From NCBI GenBank assembly GCA_043781315.1, contig JAYWBR010000163.1:1-43818 (forward strand): 43,818 nt of DNA, read 5' to 3'. A program made the position numbers and the translations under genes. Shown here in pieces: positions 26,086 to 34,706 of the stretch. The stretch is from Verrucomicrobiota bacterium. GTDB taxonomy: Bacteria; Verrucomicrobiota; Verrucomicrobiia; Limisphaerales; CAIQOK01. Positions within the stretch are counted from its first letter, which is position 1. Every line of letters begins with the position of its first letter. The notes under the pieces are model-generated. The model did not search any database. It was not told the origin of the DNA and was given only the letters and a program-made list of their open reading frames with translations.

Positions 26086-26679
26086 ATGAGCCTGATGCAA
26101 TTACTGACCAACGGAAAAACTTTGGTGGATTTGAAAAATTCCACGAGCCGCTACCAGATGCCCGGCAAGCTGCCCCTGCCGAAATTTGGTTCCGCAAAAA
26201 ACCCGTTCATGCCGCCGGCAAAAATCCCGACGGGGCAGGGTGAGCTGGTGATCCCAGCCCAGCCCCAAGTGCTGGCCAACCTGAAAGAAACCCAGCGTCT
26301 GCCCGAGCTGTCCGCGAAAATGAAGGAAACGAAACGGCTGCCGTTTGTGGCCGCGCGTCACAGCACGCCCGCGACGCCCCAGCCGAAATGGTGGGAGACG
26401 TTTCTGGATTCCGCCGGCGTGGTTTTGGAGAAGCTCAGTCCGGCCAAGTGGTTTGGCGGCTCCAAACCGGCTGTGAAATCAGCGGTTCCGCGCTTCGACA
26501 AGCCCGTGGTGCAAGGCGAGCTGTCGTTGCAGAACATCAAAGTCGTGCGCAACGATTTGAATGACGCGGACGTGGAAGTGATTCCGGCGCGGACTTTCAG
26601 CCAGGAGACGAATTTCAAGCCGGCGTTGCGGACACAGACGCGGAACGAACTGGCGGTCACGCAAGGTTCGGCCGCGTGA
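26086..26679 (+). CDS. hypothetical protein, Pro/Lys-rich, no TM segment (197 aa)
   Basis: Starts 5 nt after the mraZ stop and ends 14 nt before the rsmH start. G/C-rich third codon positions. Internal repeat LKETQRLPEL / MKETKRLPFV. C-terminal block VVQGELSLQNIKVVRNDLNDADVEVIP. I recognise no family. Confidence 0.6.
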   Translation: MSLMQLLTNGKTLVDLKNSTSRYQMPGKLPLPKFGSAKNPFMPPAKIPTGQGELVIPAQPQVLANLKETQRLPELSAKMKETKRLPFVAARHSTPATPQPKWWETFLDSAGVVLEKLSPAKWFGGSKPAVKSAVPRFDKPVVQGELSLQNIKVVRNDLNDADVEVIPARTFSQETNFKPALRTQTRNELAVTQGSAA

Positions 26680-26693
26680 GGGAGAACTGATGC

Positions 26694-27626
26694 GTGCCAC
26701 TGTCCTTCGCCCACAAACCGGTGCTGCTGGCGGAAGTGCTGGCCGCCCTGCGACCGAGAGCGGGCGGGCGGTACGCCGACGGGACGCTCGGTGGGGCTGG
26801 ACACGCGGCCGCGATGCTGACGGCAAGTTCGCCGACTGGATGGTTGTCTGGATGCGATCGCGATGGCGTCGCGGTTGAAGCGGCGGGTGCGCGCCTGGCG
26901 GAATTTGCGGGGCGATTTGAGATTCGGCGGGGGAATTTTTCGGAGTTGTCCGAATGGGTGCCGGCGGGAAGTTGCGATGGGGTTTTGCTGGATCTGGGTG
27001 TGAGTTCGCCGCAGCTCGATGTGGCGGAGCGGGGCTTCAGTTTTCAAAGTGACGGCCCGCTCGACATGCGGATGGATGCGCGGCAGGCGCTCTCGGCGGC
27101 GGACCTGGTGAACACGGCGGGGCCGGACGAACTGGCGAAGATTTTTTTTGAGTACGGCGGCGAACGGGATTCGCGGCGGATGGCGCGGGCGATCGTTCAC
27201 GACCGGGCGCTGCGGAAGTTTACGACCACGCGGCAACTGGCGGAGCTGATCGAGCGCATCTCGCCGCGACACGGAAAAAAATCGCATCCGGCGACGAAGG
27301 TGTTTCAGGCGTTGCGGATTGCGGTGAACGACGAGATCGGCTCGTTGGAACGCGGGCTGGTCGGGGCGCTGAAAATATTGAAGCCCGGCGGGCGGCTGGC
27401 GGTGATCACGTTTCATTCGCTGGAAGACCGGGTGGTGAAAAATTTCGGGCGCGAGCGGGCGCGGGATTATTCATTTGCGGGCGAAGTGGACATCCCGGAG
27501 TTGCGGGTGCCGCGCCAGCCGGAGTTGGTTTTGGTGACGCGGAAAGCGGTGCTGCCGGGTGAAGTCGAGCTGGCGGAAAATCCCCGCAGCCGCAGCGCGC
27601 AACTGCGGGTGATGGAAAAAATTTGA
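26694..27626 (+). CDS. rsmH: 16S rRNA (cytosine1402-N4)-methyltransferase (310 aa)
   Basis: HKPVLLAEVL, DGTLGGAGHA, LLDLGVSSPQLD, RGFSF, DMRMD, and ITFHSLEDRVVK. GTG start with GGAGAA upstream. Confidence 0.9.
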   Translation: MPLSFAHKPVLLAEVLAALRPRAGGRYADGTLGGAGHAAAMLTASSPTGWLSGCDRDGVAVEAAGARLAEFAGRFEIRRGNFSELSEWVPAGSCDGVLLDLGVSSPQLDVAERGFSFQSDGPLDMRMDARQALSAADLVNTAGPDELAKIFFEYGGERDSRRMARAIVHDRALRKFTTTRQLAELIERISPRHGKKSHPATKVFQALRIAVNDEIGSLERGLVGALKILKPGGRLAVITFHSLEDRVVKNFGRERARDYSFAGEVDIPELRVPRQPELVLVTRKAVLPGEVELAENPRSRSAQLRVMEKI

Positions 27627-27641
27627 AACGGGAAAGTTTGA

Positions 27642-28010
27642 ATGGCTAAGAATCGAAAAAATCAGTCGGCGGCGATCCGGTTTGGCCCGGTGATCTGGGT
27701 GATTTTGCTGTGCTCGCTGTTCGGCGGCGCGGGCGTGGGTTACGTCTGGCAGAAGGGGCGCATCGGCGAACTGGGCCGGCAGATCTCGCGCAACGAAAAG
27801 CGCGTGCTGGATTTGCAGGGGCAGAACGAAAAGTTGAAACGGCAACTGGGACTGATGCGGTCGCCGCAGTTTTTGGAAATGCGCGTCAAAGAATTGAACC
27901 TCGGGCTGGTGCCGCCGTCGTCGTCGCAGTTCTGGCGCTTGGGCGAACCAGCGCCGGTGCGCTTGGAGCAGCAGTACGCGCAGCAGGCTGGGTCGCAGGT
28001 GCGACGTTGA
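27642..28010 (+). CDS. ftsL: FtsL-like cell division protein (122 aa)
   Basis: Position between rsmH and ftsI. A single N-terminal TM segment (VIWVILLCSLFGGAGVGYVW) is followed by a coiled-coil-like segment (NEKRVLDLQGQNEKLKRQL). Confidence 0.7.
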   Translation: MAKNRKNQSAAIRFGPVIWVILLCSLFGGAGVGYVWQKGRIGELGRQISRNEKRVLDLQGQNEKLKRQLGLMRSPQFLEMRVKELNLGLVPPSSSQFWRLGEPAPVRLEQQYAQQAGSQVRR

Positions 28011-28020
28011 AGAATTTTTG

Positions 28021-28173
28021 CCGCCGCTCGTGACGCCGTCGGAGAGGAACCGATCGCCACGGGCGGCTGGCAAGTTAGTTTTAAGTTGGGCTGAACATTG
28101 AGCGAACTATGAACCCTTTTTTACCACCGCCCGCGACGCCGTCGGAGAGGAACCGATCGCCGCGGGCGGCTGG
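28021..28173 (+). repeat. tandem duplication (offset 103 nt) of a 50-nt stem-loop at the ftsL/ftsI junction
   Basis: Copy 1 is 28021-28070 and copy 2 is 28124-28173. Both have the identical 25-nt loop ACGCCGTCGGAGAGGAACCGATCGC. All 4 differences fall in the flanking stem arms. Confidence 0.85.
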
Positions 28174-30082
28174 TGTTTTATCCATGGCCAAACAATTGCA
28201 ACACCGCAGACTTTGGTGGCTCGCCGGGATGCTGGCGTGCGCGTTTGCGGGACTGGGTTATCATCTGGTGGATTTGCAGGTGCTGCGCCACGAGGAACTC
28301 GCCAAGAAGGCGCAGCAGAATACGCAACGGAAATTTTTCCTGGAGCCACGGCGCGGGGACATCCTCGATGTGAAAGGCAACGTCCTCGCGACGAGCATTC
28401 CGGTAATGACGGTTTGCGCTGATCCGACGTTGCTGGGTGCGCGGCGCGGTGAAGTCGTGCATGTTTTGGCCCCGCTGTTGAAATTGTCCGAGGCGGAACT
28501 GAATCAACGGCTGACCCCCAAGGTGCGTCAGAATGAAAAGGGCGAATCGTTCACCAACCAATATGCGCGGCTCCAACGCAAGGTTTCCGTGGAAACCTGG
28601 CAGACGATTCAAGCCGCGATGACCAATTTGAATTTTGGTCTCGACGAAAAAAAACTCCCCCTCCGCGAGCGGTCGTTCTACACCGCGCTCCGGCAGAAGG
28701 CCATTTTCACGGAGAAGGATCAGTTGCGTACGTACCCCGGCACCAACCTGGCATCGCACGTTCTGGGTTTTGCCGTCAGTGAAGAACGTGAGCTGGCAGG
28801 GAAGGGGGCCGCCGCTGAGATCACTGGCAAGGACGGGGTGGAACTTTTTCTCAATTCCAAACTGAGCGGCGTGCGCGGCTGGCGGCGGACGGAGACGGAC
28901 AACCGGGGCCGCGAGCTGGTCACGTTGCGCGAACAGGATGTGGATGCGCGGGACGGGCAGAACGTGGTGCTCACGATTGACGCCTACGTCCAGCACATCG
29001 TCGAGACGGCGCTGGCCGATGCGATGGAAAAACATTCGCCCATCAGCATCAGTTGCATCGTCGCACGGCCGCGCACCGGGGAGATTCTGGCGATGGCGAC
29101 GTTGCCGGATTACAACCCGAACAATCCCGGCGCGGCTCCGGCGGACGCGCGGCGCAACCGCGTGATCACCGACCAGGTGGAACCCGGCTCCACTTTCAAA
29201 ATCGTGGTGGTCTCCGGCGCGTTGAATGATGGTGTCGTGAATCTCAACGACAACTTTGATTGTGAGCATGGTCATTTTGCTTATGCCGGACGGGTGTTGC
29301 ACGATCACGAGCCGTCCGGCGTGCTGAGTGTCAAAGGCATCATCACGAAATCTTCCAACATCGGCGCGGCGAAAATCGGCATCAAGCTCGGGCAGGACCG
29401 GCTCTTTGAATACATCGCCAACTACGGCTTCGGCGCGCCCACCGGCCTGCCGTTGCCGGGGGAGATTGTCGGCACCGTTCACGCGCTCAAGAACTGGAGC
29501 AAGGTTTCCGTCGCGCAGATTCCCATGGGCCAGGGCATCGCCGTCACGCGGTTGCAAATGCTGATGGCCATGTGCGCCATCGCCAATAACGGCAGGCTGA
29601 TGCGCCCCATGCTCGTGGATCATCTGGAAGACGAGAATGGCAAGGTCGCGGCCCGCTATGAGCCGCAGTTCGTCCGGCAGGTGGTCAGCGAAGCAGCGGC
29701 GAAGCAGATGGTCGAGGCGCTCAAAACCGTTGTCACGCGGGAAGGCACGGCGGAGAAGGCGGGGATGACGAATTACACCGTCGCCGGCAAAACCGGGACC
29801 GCGCAAAAAGTCGAGAACGGCCAGTACGCCCACGGCAAATACGTGGCGTCGTTCATCGGTTTTTTTCCGGCGGACAATCCCGAGCTGTGCATCTCGGTCG
29901 TGTTGGATGAGCCGAAGGAAGGTTATTATGGCGGCAAAGTGGCCGCGCCGGTGTTCAAGCAGATTGCCGAACGCGCCGCGAGTTATCTAAACATCCAGCC
30001 GGACATTCAACCGGCCAAACCCGACTCGTTGGCCGCCGCAACGGAAAACCGCCTGGCCCGTGATGGAGGAACCAATCCGTGA
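28109..30082 (+). CDS. ftsI: peptidoglycan D,D-transpeptidase FtsI / PBP3 (657 aa; alternative start at 28184)
   Basis: TM segment LWWLAGMLACAFAGLGY. Motifs SxxK (GSTFKIV), SxN (KSSNIGA), and KTG (GKTGTAQ). The first 25 codons are encoded by copy 2 of a duplicated stem-loop, so ATG at 28184 (MAKQLQHRR) may be the true start. Confidence 0.9.
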   Translation: MNPFLPPPATPSERNRSPRAAGVLSMAKQLQHRRLWWLAGMLACAFAGLGYHLVDLQVLRHEELAKKAQQNTQRKFFLEPRRGDILDVKGNVLATSIPVMTVCADPTLLGARRGEVVHVLAPLLKLSEAELNQRLTPKVRQNEKGESFTNQYARLQRKVSVETWQTIQAAMTNLNFGLDEKKLPLRERSFYTALRQKAIFTEKDQLRTYPGTNLASHVLGFAVSEERELAGKGAAAEITGKDGVELFLNSKLSGVRGWRRTETDNRGRELVTLREQDVDARDGQNVVLTIDAYVQHIVETALADAMEKHSPISISCIVARPRTGEILAMATLPDYNPNNPGAAPADARRNRVITDQVEPGSTFKIVVVSGALNDGVVNLNDNFDCEHGHFAYAGRVLHDHEPSGVLSVKGIITKSSNIGAAKIGIKLGQDRLFEYIANYGFGAPTGLPLPGEIVGTVHALKNWSKVSVAQIPMGQGIAVTRLQMLMAMCAIANNGRLMRPMLVDHLEDENGKVAARYEPQFVRQVVSEAAAKQMVEALKTVVTREGTAEKAGMTNYTVAGKTGTAQKVENGQYAHGKYVASFIGFFPADNPELCISVVLDEPKEGYYGGKVAAPVFKQIAERAASYLNIQPDIQPAKPDSLAAATENRLARDGGTNP

Positions 30083-30852
30083 ATGCCAGTTTTTCAAAAC
30101 CCCACCTGTTCGGAATGCTGGCCGGACTTTTCCTCGCCGCCGGCCTGGTTTTTTCCGCCATGCTCGGCACGACCGCGTGGGTGAAAATAAAAAATTCCCA
30201 GTTCATCACCGTCAAAGGTTCGGCCCGGAAAAACATCAAGTCCGACCTCGGCATCTGGAGCGGGAGCTTCACGACAGAAGCGGCCACGTTGCTGGAGGCG
30301 CAAAAAAAATTGAAGGAAGACCGGGTGCGGGTGCATGAATTTTTGACCAACGCCGGGATGACGAACCACGCGTTCACGCCCATCGTCATTGAGGAAAAGC
30401 GCGCCACGTTTCAAACGCTTGTGACCAACAGCGAATCCGGTAACTGGAAGGTTACCGGTTCCGAGGAGCGCAACGTCGGCTACAAGTTGCGGCAGTCGGT
30501 CGAGGTGCGTTCGGAGGAAGTGGATCGCATCGTCCAACTCGACAGTGACTCCACCGCGCTGGTGGAGCAGGGAGTTTTGTTCACGACGGATTCGCCGCGC
30601 TTCATTTACACCAAGGCCGGCGAGGCGAAGATCGAGATGCTCGGCGAGGCGACCAAGGATGCGCGCACCCGCGCCGAACAGATTGCGACGCAGGGCGGGC
30701 GCGGCATCGCGAACCTGCACGACGCGGACATGGGGATTTTTCAAATCACGCCGCTGAACAATTCGCAGACCAGCGGCGAAGGGATGAACGACACGACCTC
30801 GGTGGAGAAAACCATCATGGCGGTCGTCACCACGACATTCACTTTGAACTGA
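30079..30852 (+). CDS. membrane-anchored SIMPL (DUF541)-like domain protein (257 aa)
   Basis: N-terminal TM segment LFGMLAGLFLAAGLVFSAML. The following pattern resembles the SIMPL/YggE family (ITVKGSA...DLGIW..., GYKLRQSVEVRSEEVDRI, EATKDARTRAEQIA, ...VTTTFTL). GTG start overlaps the ftsI stop (GTGA), and the stop abuts the murF ATG. Confidence 0.6.
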   Translation: MNASFSKPHLFGMLAGLFLAAGLVFSAMLGTTAWVKIKNSQFITVKGSARKNIKSDLGIWSGSFTTEAATLLEAQKKLKEDRVRVHEFLTNAGMTNHAFTPIVIEEKRATFQTLVTNSESGNWKVTGSEERNVGYKLRQSVEVRSEEVDRIVQLDSDSTALVEQGVLFTTDSPRFIYTKAGEAKIEMLGEATKDARTRAEQIATQGGRGIANLHDADMGIFQITPLNNSQTSGEGMNDTTSVEKTIMAVVTTTFTLN

Positions 30853-32247
30853 ATGGAAGCGCGCACCTTAAAATTTGTCGCGGACGCCGTGGGCGGGGAA
30901 ATCCTGCGCGGCGACGCGTCGGCTTTGGTGCGGCGCGTCTGCACGGATTCGCGGTCGGCGGCGGCCGGGGATTTGTTTGTGGCGATCAAGGGCGACCGTT
31001 TCGATGGCCACGATTTCCTCAATGAAGTCGCGGGGAAAGACGTGGGTGCGATTGTCATGGCGCGCGACCGGCAGCCGGAAAAACCAACTGCGTGCGCGGC
31101 GATTGTCGTGGACGAACCGCGCGCGGCCTTGGGCCAACTGGCGGCGGCGTACCGGAAACAGTTCACGCTGCCCGTCATCGCCGTCGGCGGCTCGAACGGC
31201 AAAACGACGACCAAGGATTTGCTCGCCTCGGTGTTGCGCCAAAAGTTTTCCACGCTCCACAGCGACGCGAGTTTCAACAACGACATCGGCGTGCCGGTCA
31301 CCCTGTTGCGCCTGGAAGAAACCCACGCCGTCGCCGTGCTGGAAGTCGGGACGAATCATCCAGGAGAACTCGCGCTGCTCGTGAATTTGATCCAGCCGAA
31401 ATACGGTGTCCTCACCAGCATCGGCCGCGAGCATCTGGAATTTTTCGGCGACCTGGCGGGCGTGGCGCAAGAGGAAGGCGCGCTGGCGGAACTGCTGCCG
31501 GCGGAGGGAAAACTTTTTCTCAACGGCGACAGCGAGTGGACACCAACGATTGCAAAACGCGCGCGGGCTGGCGTGGTGAAAGTGGGTTTTGGAAAAACCA
31601 ACGACTGGCGCGCGAGTGAAGTTCGTTATGACAAGAGTGGTCTGGTCTTTCGCGTGGACGGACCGCTGGCGGATTTTTGCGGGGATTTCAAAGTGCGTCT
31701 GCTGGGACGCCATCAGGCGGCGAATGCATTGTTCGCCATCGCGCTCGGCGCAGAGCTGGGTTTGAGCGCGGCGGAAATCCGGCGCGGTCTCGGAGCGTGC
31801 GAGCCGCCGAAGATGCGCGGCCAACTTTGGGAAACCAACGGCGTGCAGGTGCTGGACGATTGCTACAACGCGAATGCCGACTCGATGCTCGCGGCCTTGC
31901 AAACATTGATGGATCTGCCAAGCAAGGGCCGGCGCATTGCGGTGCTGGGCGACATGGCGGAACTCGGCGCGCACAGCGAAACGGCGCATGAAGAAGTCGG
32001 GCGCGGCGCGGCGAAGCTGGGCATCGGGCAGTTGATTGCCGTGGGAAAAATGGCGGCGGTGCTGGCGCGCGGCGCAAAGGCGGCGGGGTTGAACCGCGTG
32101 CTGGAATTTCCCGACGTGGAGTCGGCGATGCTGGGGCTGAAAAATTTCGTGAAGGCGGGCGATCTGGTTTTGCTCAAGGCGTCGCGGTCCACGCGGCTGG
32201 AGCGGATCGCCGAGGCGTTGCGTGGCGCGGGCGCAAGGAAGAACTGA
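30853..32247 (+). CDS. murF: UDP-N-acetylmuramoyl-tripeptide--D-alanyl-D-alanine ligase (464 aa)
   Basis: TDSRSAAAGDLFVAIKGDRFDGHDF, GGSNGKTTTK, NNDIGVPVTLL, GTNHPGE, and the MurF-typical GDMAELG. Confidence 0.9.
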   Translation: MEARTLKFVADAVGGEILRGDASALVRRVCTDSRSAAAGDLFVAIKGDRFDGHDFLNEVAGKDVGAIVMARDRQPEKPTACAAIVVDEPRAALGQLAAAYRKQFTLPVIAVGGSNGKTTTKDLLASVLRQKFSTLHSDASFNNDIGVPVTLLRLEETHAVAVLEVGTNHPGELALLVNLIQPKYGVLTSIGREHLEFFGDLAGVAQEEGALAELLPAEGKLFLNGDSEWTPTIAKRARAGVVKVGFGKTNDWRASEVRYDKSGLVFRVDGPLADFCGDFKVRLLGRHQAANALFAIALGAELGLSAAEIRRGLGACEPPKMRGQLWETNGVQVLDDCYNANADSMLAALQTLMDLPSKGRRIAVLGDMAELGAHSETAHEEVGRGAAKLGIGQLIAVGKMAAVLARGAKAAGLNRVLEFPDVESAMLGLKNFVKAGDLVLLKASRSTRLERIAEALRGAGARKN

Positions 32248-33432
32248 ATGTTGTATTACCTGAGTCAATGGCTGTTGAAATGGTCGGCGGGCACCGAGTG
32301 GGCCGGCCGGCTGTCGCCGTTGCGGCTGTTCACGTACATCACGGTGCGCAGCGCGGGCGCGGCGATCACGGCGCTGCTGCTGAGTCTGTGGCTGGGACCG
32401 AAGGTGATTCGGTGGTTGAAGCAGTTGAAGTTCGGGCAGGAGTATCAGGATCTCGCCACGCAGGGTGGTGATTTCAAGTCGCGGATTCTGGACAAACGCG
32501 GCACGCCGACGATGGGTGGCATCCTGATCATCCTGACGTTGAATCTTTCGACGTTGCTCTGGGCGCAGTGGAGCACGTTGGTCCAACTGTCGTTACTTTC
32601 TGTCATCGTGCTGGCGGCACTGGGTTTTTACGACGACTACGCGAAGATCACCAAGCAGACGGGCGAAGGCACACCACCGCGCGTGAAGCTCTGGGTGCAG
32701 TTTCTACTCGCGGCGTTTGTGGCGTTGTATTTGTGGCAACTGCCGGTGCAGAGCGTGTTGCATCTGCCGGACTCCAAACAACCGGTCGTGAGCAATCTCG
32801 TCAGCGTGCTGATGGTGCCGTTTTACAAATACCCGATCCTCGTCGGCGGCGCGGTGGGCGTGCTGTTGACGATGTTGACGATTGTGGGCAGTTCCAACGC
32901 GGTGAATTTGACGGACGGTTTGGATGGCCTGGCGATTGGCTGCACGTTGATCGTCTCGTTTGTGTTTCTGGTGCTGACCTATCTTGCGGGCAACGTGAAG
33001 GCGGCGACGTATCTGCAAATTCCGTACGTGAGCGGCGCGGGGGAACTGACGGTTTTTTGCGCGGCGCTGATCGGCGCGGGCCTGGGCTTCCTGTGGTTCA
33101 ACTGTCATCCGGCGCAGATGTTCATGGGCGACACCGGTTCGCTTTCGCTGGGCGGCGCACTGGGGATCGTCGCGGTGCTGATTCATCAACCGCTGGTGCT
33201 GGTGATCGCGGGCGGCGTGTTCGTGATGGAAGCCGTGTCGGTGATTTTGCAGAAGGGCTGGTTCAAGTGGACGCGCAAACGCACCGGCACCGGGCAGCGG
33301 ATTTTTTTAATGGCACCGATCCACCATCACTTCGAGAAGAAGGGCTGGTATGAATCGCAGGTGGTGATGCGGTTTTACATCCTGTGTTTTTTGTGCGCGG
33401 TGGTGGCGTTGAGCACGTTGAAAATCAGATGA
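32248..33432 (+). CDS. mraY: phospho-N-acetylmuramoyl-pentapeptide transferase (394 aa)
   Basis: KRGTPTMGGILI, YDDYAKI, NAVNLTDGLDGLA, MGDTGSLSLGG, and APIHHHFE. Starts immediately after the murF stop. Confidence 0.92.
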   Translation: MLYYLSQWLLKWSAGTEWAGRLSPLRLFTYITVRSAGAAITALLLSLWLGPKVIRWLKQLKFGQEYQDLATQGGDFKSRILDKRGTPTMGGILIILTLNLSTLLWAQWSTLVQLSLLSVIVLAALGFYDDYAKITKQTGEGTPPRVKLWVQFLLAAFVALYLWQLPVQSVLHLPDSKQPVVSNLVSVLMVPFYKYPILVGGAVGVLLTMLTIVGSSNAVNLTDGLDGLAIGCTLIVSFVFLVLTYLAGNVKAATYLQIPYVSGAGELTVFCAALIGAGLGFLWFNCHPAQMFMGDTGSLSLGGALGIVAVLIHQPLVLVIAGGVFVMEAVSVILQKGWFKWTRKRTGTGQRIFLMAPIHHHFEKKGWYESQVVMRFYILCFLCAVVALSTLKIR

Positions 33433-33435
33433 AGG

Positions 33436-33486
33436 GTGAGGCGTGAAACGTGAAGCCTGATTTGGAATTCACGTTTCACGCCTCAC
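33436..33486. repeat. perfect 19-bp hairpin of CGTGAGG/CGTGAAA words immediately after the mraY stop
   Basis: GTGAGGCGTGAAACGTGAA (33436-33454) / TTCACGTTTCACGCCTCAC (33468-33486), 13-nt loop. There is no U-tract immediately 3' of it. Confidence 0.85.
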
Positions 33487-33908
33487 GGTTCACGGGCAAA
33501 AAATGAAACAAACTGGCAGTCATAAAATTAGCGGGGCCGGCGGTCGTTTTACCGCTTGCACGCCCGCGCGTTCGTTGTTAGAAACAACTGTCGCGGTGGA
33601 ATATTCCGCGAGGGTCGGCGTTCGTTTTTGCTTTCACCAGTTGATTCAAGCTTTGAGCGATTTCAAAACTTACAGCAACAAGGTGAAAAAATTTGCCGTC
33701 GGACGAAATCAATTAGTTGGGGTTGGCCGGCGGCCTGCCCCAAGATGCATGGTGAAAATGGCAACGGTTTGAACCGGCCAACAAACAGTTACGAAAACGC
33801 AGCACCGAAACAATTTATCGCCCCGTGGTTTTTTGAGGGAAAACCCCGGAGCGAACGAACCAATTAAATCAACCTCACAGAAAGGACGCCGTTGCGCGTC
33901 AGAATCAA

Positions 33909-34655
33909 ATGAATAATCCGAGTCCATTCAGTCCCGAAAGCCCCGTGGTGGAGCAAAAAAATCAGAGCCGCGTGCGCGTTCGCACCGCCGTCACGCTGGT
34001 CTTCGCCGCCAATTTCATCGCCCTCATGGCGTTGCTGATCATCGGCTTTGGCTGCCGCAAACCCGCCGAGCCGGAAGTCCCGCCCGCTGAGACCAACACG
34101 ATGACGATGCCGGCGTTTGACACCAACATGGTGCCCGCACTCAGCACGAATGCTCCGGGCACGAACACGGCGGCGTTTGTTCCGCCCGCACCGGTTATGG
34201 TGGCACCTACGGTCGTCGCTGCCAGCGCCACCGAGTATGTCATCGCCAAGGGTGATTATTTTGAAAAAATTGCCAAAGATCATGGGGTCACCACCAAGGC
34301 GATCCAGGACGCCAACCCCGGCGTGGATTCCAAGAAGCTAAAAATCGGGCAGAAGATTCAACTCCCGGCGGCGACCGTCGCCCCGGCGGCGGGCTCCTCC
34401 GTCAACGCGCCCACGGCGGATGCCGCCGCGACTGGCGAACAGATTCACAAGGTCAAGTCCGGCGACACGCTGACGACCATCGCCAAGCACTACGGCGTTT
34501 CCGTCAAGGCGCTCCGCTCGGCGAACAGTCTCACCACGGACAAGATCAAGGTGGGTGACAAGCTGAAAATTCCAGCCAAGGCCACCGCGCCGGTGGCGGC
34601 TCCGGTGGTTCCCGAAGCGCCGGCTCCGGCTGCGGCAACTCCGAAACCTTTGTAA
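33909..34655 (+). CDS. membrane-anchored protein with two LysM domains (248 aa)
   Basis: TM segment AVTLVFAANFIALMALLIIGFG. LysM 1: YVIAKGDYFEKIAKDHGVTTKAIQDANPGVDSKKLKIGQKIQLP. LysM 2: HKVKSGDTLTTIAKHYGVSVKALRSANSLTTDKIKVGDKLKIP. Confidence 0.8.
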   Translation: MNNPSPFSPESPVVEQKNQSRVRVRTAVTLVFAANFIALMALLIIGFGCRKPAEPEVPPAETNTMTMPAFDTNMVPALSTNAPGTNTAAFVPPAPVMVAPTVVAASATEYVIAKGDYFEKIAKDHGVTTKAIQDANPGVDSKKLKIGQKIQLPAATVAPAAGSSVNAPTADAAATGEQIHKVKSGDTLTTIAKHYGVSVKALRSANSLTTDKIKVGDKLKIPAKATAPVAAPVVPEAPAPAAATPKPL

Positions 34656-34706
34656 GCGTTGGTTGCGGATGCCGGGCAACCTCGGCCCGGCGTCCGAGTT
34701 CGTGAA

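Noticed and set aside
30853-32247. Could the single Mur ligase after ftsI be MurE, not MurF?
   Set aside because: It has the MurF hallmarks (N-terminal ...DSR...GDLFVA..G.RFDGHDF, NNDIGVPVTLL, GDMAELG) and lacks the MurE DNPR motif.
33503-33772. 89-aa ORF in the mraY-LysM gap.
   Set aside because: There is no recognisable domain, the composition is atypical, and the ORF spans several hairpins. It is more likely non-coding leader sequence.
33490-33908. c-di-AMP (ydaO-type) or another known riboswitch in the leader of the LysM gene.
   Set aside because: The gene context would fit, since ydaO-class riboswitches are often found upstream of cell-wall genes. However, I could not recognise the conserved pseudo-symmetric ACGGGGA/CCCA-type cores. 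Only generic local hairpins are present, so a covariance-model scan is needed before any call.
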